A DNA stretch of 54,141 bases from Candidatus Poseidoniaceae archaeon (GTDB lineage: Archaea; Thermoplasmatota; Poseidoniia; Poseidoniales; Poseidoniaceae): the NCBI GenBank assembly GCA_965662895.1, contig CBFIJH010000014.1:1-54141 (forward strand), in the 5' to 3' direction. The notes beneath the pieces were generated by a model. The model saw only the letters and a list, made by a program, of their open reading frames with translations. It was not told the origin of the DNA and did no database searches. Positions within the stretch are counted from its first letter, which is position 1. Each line of letters opens with the position of its first letter. Shown here one piece after another: positions 29,627 to 39,200 of this stretch. The position numbers and the translations under genes are program-made.

Positions 29627-30673
29627 ATGACAGAACGTCGTCATCCAAAGCGCAGTGGCAAAGGGCGACAACGTCAGCGTCGTCGATACGGTGGACCACG
29701 TAAGGCAAATTTGATTGAACAATCGAAGAAAGAACTTGTTGAATACAATCAGCGAGCCAAATTACGGTTTGATTATGAGCAAACTGGAGTTCAACCAATT
29801 GGCCTTCCCGATCACCCAGAAGAAGTGAAATCGTTTTCATTCGATTGGAAATGCAATCCTGTCTTGCTTGCAGATGAAGAGAAAATGGCTTCATTTGTCG
29901 TTCGAAGAGGAGAATTTGGTTGGCTGGATGACGACCGTGTGGAGGAAATTGCAACGTTTGCTGATTCTCTGACCATCTCTGCAGACCAAGCACTATCTCT
30001 TCGTTCTGCCCTGCTTCAACAAAAAACAGTTTTCGGGCACCACGCAATGCGGAATCGCGGACGGCAAATTCATCGTGATTACAAACAAGGGATGGGCGTC
30101 GTTGAACTGTCGAAAAAATACGACTTTCCTCCAATGAATATTTTTCGTCAAATCCTCTCTGAGAAAGGATGGTCGAAATCGAAAATCAAAGAGTCGGTTC
30201 GTGCACCTTCTCGTTTTTCTGAACGAGAACGCAAGGAGTTCGAATCGGCCGAAGAGGCCGATCGGGTTTCAAATGTCGATCAAAGCGAAACGCACCTTCG
30301 TGCCGATGTCTTTGAAACGATTCTCGCTGATTGGTTCGAAGAGCAAGGTGTTCGTCTTCGCCGTCAACCCGAACTTGTTCGTGAACAATCAAAGGAAATT
30401 GGTGGACCAAAATTGACGCCTGATATTTTGTTCCTCGATCATGTTGAAATTAATGGCGAACCCGTTGCATGGATTGATGCTAAGCATTTCTATGGTGCCG
30501 ACGTTGGTTTTCAGCGAAAGAAAATGCAGAAACAAATGATGCGATACATCAACGAGTGGGGCAGTGGAGCAATTGTCTTCCGTCATGGCTTTTCAGAGAA
30601 CCTGTACATGGCTGGTGTCACGATGTTGGATGCAAGTCCTCTGGACTTATCCGAATTGCACGACAAAACCTAG
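29627..30673 (+). CDS. TPD-motif protein (CDIN1/C15orf41-like PD-(D/E)XK nuclease)
   Basis: LTPDILF..HVEING..VAWIDAKHFYG...Q..RY...WG.GAIVF..GF, preceded by the HTH-like GVVELSKKYDFPP.NIFRQIL. Confidence 0.8.
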   Translation: MTERRHPKRSGKGRQRQRRRYGGPRKANLIEQSKKELVEYNQRAKLRFDYEQTGVQPIGLPDHPEEVKSFSFDWKCNPVLLADEEKMASFVVRRGEFGWLDDDRVEEIATFADSLTISADQALSLRSALLQQKTVFGHHAMRNRGRQIHRDYKQGMGVVELSKKYDFPPMNIFRQILSEKGWSKSKIKESVRAPSRFSERERKEFESAEEADRVSNVDQSETHLRADVFETILADWFEEQGVRLRRQPELVREQSKEIGGPKLTPDILFLDHVEINGEPVAWIDAKHFYGADVGFQRKKMQKQMMRYINEWGSGAIVFRHGFSENLYMAGVTMLDASPLDLSELHDKT

Positions 30674-31695
30674 ACGTTACGTTGAGGTGCAATTTCCGAT
30701 TGAATTGAATCCAAACCTTTTGATTGAAGATGTTCGGATAATCGGTTCAAATCCTCGTTATAAAGCGGTTGATTTGCCTTCAAAGGCAGCAAGATGCACG
30801 ATGTTCCAAGCATGCACAACCTAGCTCGGACTTGTGCTTGGAGGTTGAGCTCATTGATGACGGACTGAACCGTTTCGAGCATGGACGTTCGCGATGGTTC
30901 ATCGAGCATTTTTGATGAACGGCCGAAGGTTTGTGCTTCTTGAAGCAATTCATCCCAAATGGACGAGTCCCATGTTTTTTTGGCCAGACGGTCAACTGCT
31001 TCGTCTCCCGCTCGAGTGATGGTGGTTTTCCAACTCGGATCGTCGATGTACTCTGAGGTGTGCTTGGAAGCGTTGGATTGCCAGACGAGGAGCACGTTTG
31101 ATTCAAGGGAGAAACTTCGTGCTACGCCGGGAGAAGGTGGCGCCCCTGGATGAGTTCGTAATTCAACCCCTCCAACATACAAACCGAGAACGTCTCCTAG
31201 CCCTCCTGAATATCTCCGTTCAATGTGATGAGCAGCACGGAAATATTGTGCCTCCGTACCTTTTTTGCTCATTTCAAAACAGGCAAGAGCCAGTGCTGAC
31301 AGGCCTGCCGCCGACATACCAAAACCTTGGCTTAGTGGTAATTCAATATCGATGATGATGGAATAATTTGTGTCAAACGGAAGAAGACGGGATTGCCTGA
31401 GTTCGTCCACAAGAGCACCATACATTTCCTGATGAATTTCGGACTCAGAATCAACGGCTCGAATTTCAAGGTCGATCTCGCCTTTTGATTTTATTTCTGG
31501 AATGTCCTGTTCCCATCCTGCCATTTGTTGGCCTTTAACCACGGCTTCCGTGCGGCCTCGTTCCTGAATCGTAACCTGAACGCCTTTCTGAAGACAAAGT
31601 CCTGCGCCTCGACTGCCTTGGTTGCGCGGAAGAAGGGCATCATCGTGAATGGAGAACAGTAAGGTGATGTGGCCACCAACTCGAACCGTCGCCAT
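30670..31695 (-). CDS. Pantoate kinase (archaeal GHMP family)
   Basis: GHITLLF, GSRGAG, LPLSQGFGMSAAG, AH..E....GGLGDV and GGVELR..PGAP. Confidence 0.88.
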   Translation of the reverse strand: MATVRVGGHITLLFSIHDDALLPRNQGSRGAGLCLQKGVQVTIQERGRTEAVVKGQQMAGWEQDIPEIKSKGEIDLEIRAVDSESEIHQEMYGALVDELRQSRLLPFDTNYSIIIDIELPLSQGFGMSAAGLSALALACFEMSKKGTEAQYFRAAHHIERRYSGGLGDVLGLYVGGVELRTHPGAPPSPGVARSFSLESNVLLVWQSNASKHTSEYIDDPSWKTTITRAGDEAVDRLAKKTWDSSIWDELLQEAQTFGRSSKMLDEPSRTSMLETVQSVINELNLQAQVRARLCMLGTSCILLPLKANQPLYNEDLNRLSEHLQSKGLDSIQSEIAPQRNV

Positions 31696-31746
31696 GCATA
31701 ACCCATCTCATCGAGAATCATCAAGATGGCGGAACAAACGATGCTA

Positions 31747-32679
31747 TCAAGCAAAGGCTCGGCCGAGGTCTTCACCAAGGTTGGTGAAGCGGGACTTCAA
31801 TTCCTCGATTGCAGCGTTAAACACTGCTTCGGGAGCAAGAGAGCCATCGGTTTCGTAAGAGAAAACGAAACTTCCCTCAACCTTGTTGAGAACGATGGCA
31901 TCGTCGAAGTCCGCATCACGGCCTGTACCGTTGCCAACTTGATGCAATGCTTTCTCAAGGTCAAGTACGGTTGAAACATCACTGCACTTCTTGTTTGTGA
32001 AAAGTTTTGCATCAATTGGTCGTCCATCGCTTGTCTTAAGATCGAGATTGAACAGTACTGAAGCCTTCTTTGGTTTCTTTAATTCAGCCTCGTAAAGAGG
32101 TTGGAACGTGACAGCAGATGCTGCGGACCACTTTGCGTGGTCTCGACCACGTCCGAGTGTTGCAAATGCAATGAATTCAAGGAACTGACCTTGTGCGAGA
32201 TAGGTAATCGGGATGGATTGCATCTCTTCGCTAATATCGAAAACTGGGTCTGAGACGTTTGTCAAATCACCTGCTCGAACAACTCGAAACGGTTCATCAC
32301 TGTCTGAAGATGGGCCTTGTACATTGAGTGTGTACAAGACTTGGCACATTGGGCACCCCTTGTCATCTTCTGCAAGGTCCATGCAGTTTTCACAAGCATC
32401 CGGGAAAACCATGCCTTCGTCCGGTTGTGTAGGAATTGGAACCATAGCCAGTCGGTGCGCGATAACTTCGTCCGGAAGTGCGTTAACGGATTCAAAAATC
32501 TCGCCACGATTGTTGTCTTGATTGACCCCGAGTGTGAACATGACTTTGCTGATGGCCATCTTTGGCACATCGGCCATGATGGCACGTCGCAGTGCGTTTA
32601 CTTGAGATGCATCAACGTCCTCAATGAGGATCTTCATTCTGTTTCCTTTTGGATAACCGTCAACAACGCTTGCTTTCAT
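31747..32679 (-). CDS. rpoD: DNA-directed RNA polymerase subunit D (Rpo3)
   Basis: NALRRAIMADVP, DEVIAHRLAMVP, Cys cluster CENC...CPMC, G.GRDHAKW and ETDGSL; follows rps11; SD GGAGG upstream. Confidence 0.95.
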   Translation of the reverse strand: MKASVVDGYPKGNRMKILIEDVDASQVNALRRAIMADVPKMAISKVMFTLGVNQDNNRGEIFESVNALPDEVIAHRLAMVPIPTQPDEGMVFPDACENCMDLAEDDKGCPMCQVLYTLNVQGPSSDSDEPFRVVRAGDLTNVSDPVFDISEEMQSIPITYLAQGQFLEFIAFATLGRGRDHAKWSAASAVTFQPLYEAELKKPKKASVLFNLDLKTSDGRPIDAKLFTNKKCSDVSTVLDLEKALHQVGNGTGRDADFDDAIVLNKVEGSFVFSYETDGSLAPEAVFNAAIEELKSRFTNLGEDLGRAFA

Positions 32680-32694
32680 GTTTCTTCCTCCCAA

Positions 32695-33078
32695 TCAGAC
32701 ACGTCGTCCACGTCGTCCACCCTTTTTCTTGGTGCCGTCGTGTGCGATTGGTGTAACATCCTCGATTCGAGTGATGGTCATACCTGCACGTGTCAGTGCT
32801 CGAATAGCTGCTTGTGCCCCGGGTCCAGTGTTGTTGGATTTGTTTCCTCCAGGTGCACGGTATTTGATGATTAATTGAGAGAATTCCTTGTCCTTGAGCA
32901 TGTCAGCAAGGCGTTCTGCGGCACGAGTCGCAGCGAATTGCCCACCACTGTCCTTGGAGGACTTGACAACCTGTCCACCGGAACAGGTCCCAATGGTTTC
33001 AGCACCGGTCAAATCGGTTGCTGTCATGAGGATGTTGTTGTAGGAAGAAAAGATGTTGACGATGGCTCGACGGGTCAT
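32695..33078 (-). CDS. rps11: 30S ribosomal protein S11 (uS11)
   Basis: [28 protein letters not shown] and [21 protein letters not shown]. Confidence 0.96.
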   Translation of the reverse strand: MTRRAIVNIFSSYNNILMTATDLTGAETIGTCSGGQVVKSSKDSGGQFAATRAAERLADMLKDKEFSQLIIKYRAPGGNKSNNTGPGAQAAIRALTRAGMTITRIEDVTPIAHDGTKKKGGRRGRRV

Positions 33079-33734
33079 CAGGCCTCACCTCCATCTTCTG
33101 CACTTGGTGCTGCTTCGGCAGCTTCATTGACTTCATCAGCAAACGGCTTGGTTGCTTCAGGGTCAACCTCTTCTTCATCGGCTGCATATTCTGCCATCTC
33201 GCGTCGTCCATCAATGGCCTTGCGAATGTCGTGCTCTGGATTGTTCAAATCACTGGAAGGATGGTACTGAATGATTTCTTCTTCATCACGGTTGACCGGA
33301 TAGGAAGGAATCGTCACCTTTTGATCGCCGATGCAAATGTGACCGTGGGTCACAAGTTGACGTGCTTGCTTGAGTGAGCAAGCAAGACCCTTGTAGTAGA
33401 CCTGGGCTTGGAGTCTTCGGTTGAGAATGTCCTCAGCATTCAACGAAAGAATGTCGTCAAGGGTTGCTTCCTTTGTGATGAGGCCCTTGTGATGGAGAGA
33501 ACGAAGCAAGTCGTTCATCTCACGCTGACCATGCCCTTCCGTTGTATCCATTATACCGATGAGACGCATAGCTTGGCGTCGATGGCGACGAAGTTGGGAC
33601 TTTGCCTTCCAAATTTCCCGCATGTTTTTCAGGCCATGGTTGGCTTGGATAAGATGCTCTTCTTCGATTCGTGCCTTCTTCCAAGGATGAGGAGGCGTGT
33701 CGAACTTTGGTCTGGAAAACTTTGGCTCACCCAT
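33078..33734 (-). CDS. rps4: 30S ribosomal protein S4 (uS4)
   Basis: [30 protein letters not shown] and [10 protein letters not shown]; acidic C-terminal extension. Confidence 0.96.
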   Translation of the reverse strand: MGEPKFSRPKFDTPPHPWKKARIEEEHLIQANHGLKNMREIWKAKSQLRRHRRQAMRLIGIMDTTEGHGQREMNDLLRSLHHKGLITKEATLDDILSLNAEDILNRRLQAQVYYKGLACSLKQARQLVTHGHICIGDQKVTIPSYPVNRDEEEIIQYHPSSDLNNPEHDIRKAIDGRREMAEYAADEEEVDPEATKPFADEVNEAAEAAPSAEDGGEA

Positions 33735-33746
33735 ACTTCATCACCC

Positions 33747-34214
33747 TCATTGTTTTCGGCTTACACCGAGTGTTAGGCCACCACGGCCATTGCTACGTCC
33801 ACGTTGCCCACGAACCTTGTTGCCGCTTGCGTGACGAACACCACGGTAGCACTTCATGGTTCGAAGACGGTTGACATCTTCTTCGAGTGTGAGTTTAACT
33901 TCTTGTCCTGTCAAGTGAATGTCGTTGCCGGTTTCGATATCGGCTGCACGGTTCACCATCCAATACGGAACATTGTTGACGTAATCTTCGATTGCAAGAC
34001 GGAGTGTTTCTTGCTGCTCAGGACTGAGGTGGCCAGCCATTCGAGCAGGATCGAATCCAGTCGTCTTACAGATTTGAATAGCGCTTCGTACGCCGATTCC
34101 TTTGACCGATGTCAGTGCGGAAGAGAGCGGTTTGAGACCGTCCATGTCCGTATCTGCCATTCGGAGAATGTACGAAAAATCGTCGCCGAGTTCCTCTTCT
34201 TTTCCTTTAGCCAT
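33747..34214 (-). CDS. rps13: 30S ribosomal protein S13 (uS13)
   Basis: LTSVKGIG, PYWMVNR..D.ETG...HL and YRGVRH..G.KVRGQR. Confidence 0.96.
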   Translation of the reverse strand: MAKGKEEELGDDFSYILRMADTDMDGLKPLSSALTSVKGIGVRSAIQICKTTGFDPARMAGHLSPEQQETLRLAIEDYVNNVPYWMVNRAADIETGNDIHLTGQEVKLTLEEDVNRLRTMKCYRGVRHASGNKVRGQRGRSNGRGGLTLGVSRKQ

Positions 34215-34301
34215 TCTTGTCCACCTTACGTTGCGACATGATGTCGAGCAAGTTTCCGACCAACCTCCCCTATATCAAGACCGCGATGCAGGGGTCCGAT
34301 T

Positions 34302-35579
34302 TCAGGGGTCAGAATTCTGCGGATATTGGACGCATAAAAGCAGATGATTTGAACTTGTATGTCGTGTCAGAAACGCTTTCCTGCGGCCTTGTCTTCTCCG
34401 AAGTTGCCGATCGATGTTTCCCTGCAAACGTGGTTGGAGTTCAGCATCGACCCCACATCGAATCGTTAACGCCGAAATATCATTCTCAACAGCGGTTGCA
34501 ACAATGGCGTCGATGTTTGCTTCATCAAGAGGCAGGTCGAGAATGTCAACCACTCGACCAGATGCTACAACAAAGGGATGAGTCTTGTCTTTGATCGGCC
34601 CGTTGTGATGAATACGCGGTCGTCGTGGGGAAGATTCTGCCCAGCGAATCTCAGCAGCATGGCTCAGTTGCTGGCTCAACCACGCATCAACCAATCCACT
34701 CTCAACCAAGGCTGCATCGAGGATTGTTACCCATTCATTTCTTCGAGCAGATTGAAGCGGTTGCCGTTCATGTTGAGAAATCTCATTTTGCTCAATGATG
34801 GTATCGTTTCCACCGAATGTTCGCGAAAGACGAACAAAGCGCTTGCGAACTTCTTGTTCTGCCACACCACCAATCCAAAGCTCGAGTCGATCAACTCGCC
34901 CACCGCCCCGAGACATCCAAGTCCATGTTTTCCGAATGTTCGGCCAAAATGAATCAACAATTTTTTCGACACCATCGCGAAGTTCTTGGGTTAATCTTGG
35001 GGAGAGATCGAGGACGATGCAAGGCCCATCCGCCGTTGATGCAAGATACGGCTTCCATGCTTCAAACACGCTTGTGAGATTGGGTTGCATTTCATCAAGA
35101 CCATGCGTACGAGAATTCCGTGGGCGGGCTGGATCGAGCATCAACAAAGCGACGCTGTTCCGTTCGAGGCCTGCAAGGGAAGCAATGTCTTCACTCGAAG
35201 TTCCATCGCCTGAAATCACGAGCGAACGACGATGCCATCCTTGATTGAAGGTTGAGAATCGATTCGCAATTGTGTTGAGATTCAGACAACTTGCCACAGC
35301 TCTGTCACGATCAAGCTCGATGCCGAGTGCAGGCCGCTTCAGCCGAGAGGCATAGGCTGCAAGTTGAATTCCCGAACCACAAGCGCAATCCAACACTGCT
35401 CCACTTGGGAGGTCGAACTGTGCGATGTAATCAGCACGAGTCATCGCAACTTGCCAAGGCGTTGCCAGTGGTTTTCCGTGGCTTGCGTGATAGAATGAGA
35501 GTTCCTTCAACGATGCATCAGGCACGGATTGACCTGCTGCAGTCTGTTCAGAAGGCACCAACAATTCCAATCGATCCAC
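34302..35579 (-). CDS. Class I SAM-dependent methyltransferase with possible THUMP-like C-terminus
   Basis: VLDCACGSG (motif I), GIELD and LDPARP (motif IV-like). The GTG start abuts the pyrE stop. Confidence 0.7.
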   Translation of the reverse strand: MDRLELLVPSEQTAAGQSVPDASLKELSFYHASHGKPLATPWQVAMTRADYIAQFDLPSGAVLDCACGSGIQLAAYASRLKRPALGIELDRDRAVASCLNLNTIANRFSTFNQGWHRRSLVISGDGTSSEDIASLAGLERNSVALLMLDPARPRNSRTHGLDEMQPNLTSVFEAWKPYLASTADGPCIVLDLSPRLTQELRDGVEKIVDSFWPNIRKTWTWMSRGGGRVDRLELWIGGVAEQEVRKRFVRLSRTFGGNDTIIEQNEISQHERQPLQSARRNEWVTILDAALVESGLVDAWLSQQLSHAAEIRWAESSPRRPRIHHNGPIKDKTHPFVVASGRVVDILDLPLDEANIDAIVATAVENDISALTIRCGVDAELQPRLQGNIDRQLRRRQGRRKAFLTRHTSSNHLLLCVQYPQNSDP

Positions 35580-36173
35580 CTACTGAGCGATATCCGACCG
35601 TGTGAGGATGCTCTCGAAAGGAATGCCTGCTTTCGCAAACGCTTCCACTCCACCCTCTTCGCGGTCAAGGATGCTGATGACAGCAAGAACCTCACACGTT
35701 GTTGTTTCCCGTATGCGTTCAACCGCCTGAATCGATGACCCTCCGGTTGTTGTTACGTCTTCGAGAACAACAATACGGCCTCCATCAGCAAGTGATGAAC
35801 CTTCGATTCCAGGTGGATTGTTTGTTTTGCGACCACCGCGTCCCTTTGGTGATTTCCTGACCATGAAACCCTTGCGGTGAGTGGATTCCGAGCCTGTAAT
35901 GACAATGGCCGTTAATGGAACTGCCCCCAGTTCAAGCCCGCCAACAAAGTCTGGGTTGAGTGCATCCAAACGTTTGTTGAACAGGTAAGCGAGAAGTTTC
36001 GAGGATTCCGTATCCATCATGACCGGCTTCATATCGAAGAACCAGCGAGACTGCCGGCCAGATGCCAGGGTAAAGGCGTCATCGGAACCTCCATCCAAGA
36101 AAGCAAGTTCCCGCACCCGTTCCACCAATCTGTTCCATTCGGGAAGAGTCCTCAAGGACGAATCAACGCTCAT
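35580..36173 (-). CDS. pyrE: Orotate phosphoribosyltransferase
   Basis: FTLASGRQS.WFFD, GGLELGAVP, VRK..K and VVLEDVTTTGGS (PRPP loop). Confidence 0.93.
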   Translation of the reverse strand: MSVDSSLRTLPEWNRLVERVRELAFLDGGSDDAFTLASGRQSRWFFDMKPVMMDTESSKLLAYLFNKRLDALNPDFVGGLELGAVPLTAIVITGSESTHRKGFMVRKSPKGRGGRKTNNPPGIEGSSLADGGRIVVLEDVTTTGGSSIQAVERIRETTTCEVLAVISILDREEGGVEAFAKAGIPFESILTRSDIAQ

Positions 36174-36285
36174 GCTTGGATGGTGTGGAATCCAATGCAT
36201 GAATGTTGGGCTCAAAACAAGGATGCTGGTTCGCCGATTGCATCATAAAGTCTCGACCGTAACCTTCGATTGGGGGTCGGTTTTG

Positions 36286-39200
36286 GTGGCGAAAGAAACA
36301 GCAACGAACGAACTTGACCCGCTTCTTGGCGTCGATCTTGCTCGGCTCGAAGGAGAAATGGAAAGGTATCAGACGATCTTGGATGATCGCACAGACCACG
36401 CCTACAAAGTGGCTGAACAAGCTCGAAAACTTGGCCTTGACCCAAAACCGTTCGTCGAAATACCTCGGGCGAACGATTTGGCTGGTCGCACAGAGAAATT
36501 GCTCATCGAACACCTCGAATCGTACCCTGTTGCAGATGACATACGCGCCATGCTTGCTGAGCACGACCGTGAAACAACCTCGATTATGATGGCACAACGC
36601 GTTGCTAAGGGGTTCAGGGAGAAGGGTTATGACATGGTCAAATCGATTGATGTTGGACTGAGAGTTGGTCTTGCCATTCTCACCGAAGCCGTTCTTGTTG
36701 CTCCACTCGAAGGAATTAGCGAAGTTCGATTGTTGAACAATGTTGACGGTTCTGCTTTCGTATCGGTTCATTTTGCTGGACCCATTCGAGCAGCAGGAGG
36801 TACGGCTCAGGCCCTTGCAGTCCTTATTGCGGACATGATTCGACGCGAACTGAAAGTTGGACCCTACATCCCCAGCGATGGAGAAGTCGAGCGAGTCAAG
36901 GAAGAATTTGGTTTGTATCGGGGGAACCTGCAATACCGCCCGTCGCCTGCAGAAATTGAGGAAATTGTACGAGCTTGCCCTGTTATGATCAACGGTGAGT
37001 CAACCGAATCGATTGAATGTGCAGGTTATGGACGCGTACGCAACATCGATGAAGCGAGAATTCGAGGTGGTGTTCTTCTTGTTATTGGAGAAGGAATGTG
37101 CCTCAAAGCCCCGAAGATTCAGAAACATACCGAACGCTTGAAGGTTCCTGGTTGGGATTTCATCTCGAAGTTCGCATCCAAAGGGGAGGAAGACAATGGC
37201 GGAGCGGACAAAAACGAATTCAAGAGTCGTCGAGTCGCTCCGATTGACAAATTCATGAAAGACATCATTGCGGGACGGCCCATTTTTGGAGGCCCTCAGC
37301 AACCGGGTGGTTTCCGGTTACGTTACGGCCGAGGTCGTCCTTCGGGGCTTGCTGCCGCTTCACTCAATCCTGCTTCGATGCTTGTTTTGGACGATTTCAT
37401 CACCATTGGAACGCAGATGAAAATCGAACGTCCGGGTAAGGCGTGTGCTGTAACCCCAAGCAACGATTCTGAAGGGCCTTGGGTGGTTCTCTCTTCTGGA
37501 CAATTTTTACGAATCGATGAAGCGAACAAGCTCCGGAAGATTCGACATGATATTCGTTCAATTTGGGACAATGGAGAGATTGTCATCGGTTATGGGGAAT
37601 TCATGGAGAACAACAAGAACCTGGTTCCTGCAGGTTATACGAGCGATTGGTGGGCCAGTGATCTCATCGACGCATTAGCAACGCCGGATGATGTTGCTGC
37701 ATTCGCATCGATTTGCAAGAATCTTGAACCTCATCCAAAAGGTGTTCCGGGTGCGACCGATGTTGAAGATGGGTTTGCACACTTCCACACTCGGCGGAAA
37801 TGGCACCGCTATTTATCCAGACTGACCCTGAGTTGGGAGCAGGCTTCCAGCATTGCAGAGCGGTGGCGGACTGCACTTCCACCACCGCACAATCCTTGGT
37901 TCCTTGACCTACCCATTGAATGGGTCCCTTCATTGTTGGATGCATTGAAACTCGGTGAAGTTGAATCGCCCGTTGAACTTGATATGGAGGTGAATCACCC
38001 GTACAATGAGCCATCATGGCTGCGGTTCAAGGGAGCCGCAAAAGGATGGGACGCTTCGGTTATGGACAAGTTGCAACCAGAGCACATACCACCTCTCGAT
38101 GAAATCCAAACCATCGGCCTCGATTTTAGACCCGAGGAGCCCATTTTTGAGGAATGGTTGCCTGAAGGTTGGACCTTTATGCAGCATGGTTTGCTCAAAG
38201 GCGCCTTGTTGCTTCTCGGCGTTTCGCATCATCATGATGGAGACGACATTGTTGCAACTTGCGGTTGGCAAGCGATGATCAACGGATTGGGATACAGTGT
38301 TCGAGACAACAGCCTTCATCAGCGTATTGATTTGAAAACCCTCATTGATCAACGTATCATTGAACTACGGAATTGCAACGATGTGCTCAAGGAGGAAGGA
38401 ATCCGATTGAATGAACTCAAGAAGCACCGCTCGACGGTTCGGATTGCTGCAGAGACAGAAGCAAGACAGCAAGGACTCGGAATCACTGAAACCGACCAAG
38501 TTGGAAAAAAAGCAGCTGCATCTGTAGAAGACCCGGGGCCAAAAGATGTCGCTCAGTACTCGGCCTCGTTGAAGATTCATGACAATCATCTCGTCGATGG
38601 CATCGTGCCATTAATTCGAGAAACTTCTCCGCTTCGTTGGGAACATGCCGCTCCACAGCGAGTTGGGTGCCGAATGGGTCGGCCTGAGAAGTCCGCGCCG
38701 CGTGAAATGTCGCCTCGCTCGCACATGTTGTTTCCAATCGCTCTCGAAGGTGGAAATCAACGTCTCATTTCCAATGCGGTTGGAAAACGAACGATTCGCG
38801 TTCAAATGGGCAAGCGAATTTGTTCAAAATGCGGCAAAGAATCGCCATTTATTCAATGCCATCATCGTGTTGTCGACGATGCTGGGATTCCAAAAATCGG
38901 TGAAACGTGTGGTGGCCGCACCGATATGAGAGCGTCATCCGGAAACAGTCGGCGGCGGGGCGAAATGCAGAGCGTTCCAATCGAATCCATCCTCGAGGAT
39001 GCTCAACTTCGAATTGGGATGGGGCGGTTGCCTCAACAAGTCAAATGCGTCAAGGAACTGAAAAGTCGAAATCAAACGCCTGAACCCATCGAAAAAGGAC
39101 TTCTTCGCGCAAAGTATGACCTTCCTGTTTTCCGTGATGGAACCGTTCGCTTCGACATGAGCGATGTCCCAGTAACGCATTTCACGGCGAAAGAGATCGA

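Noticed and set aside
31747-32679. Fe-S ferredoxin-like domain in RpoD
   Set aside because: Only the N-proximal Cys cluster is present and domain 3 lacks the ferredoxin Cys pattern; this variation is already known among archaea.
36019-36285. N-terminal extensions in the ORF track (DP2, 9156, 2802, 7826, 16087, 52666)
   Set aside because: They overlap neighbouring genes, tRNA or promoter DNA; downstream starts fit the protein families better.
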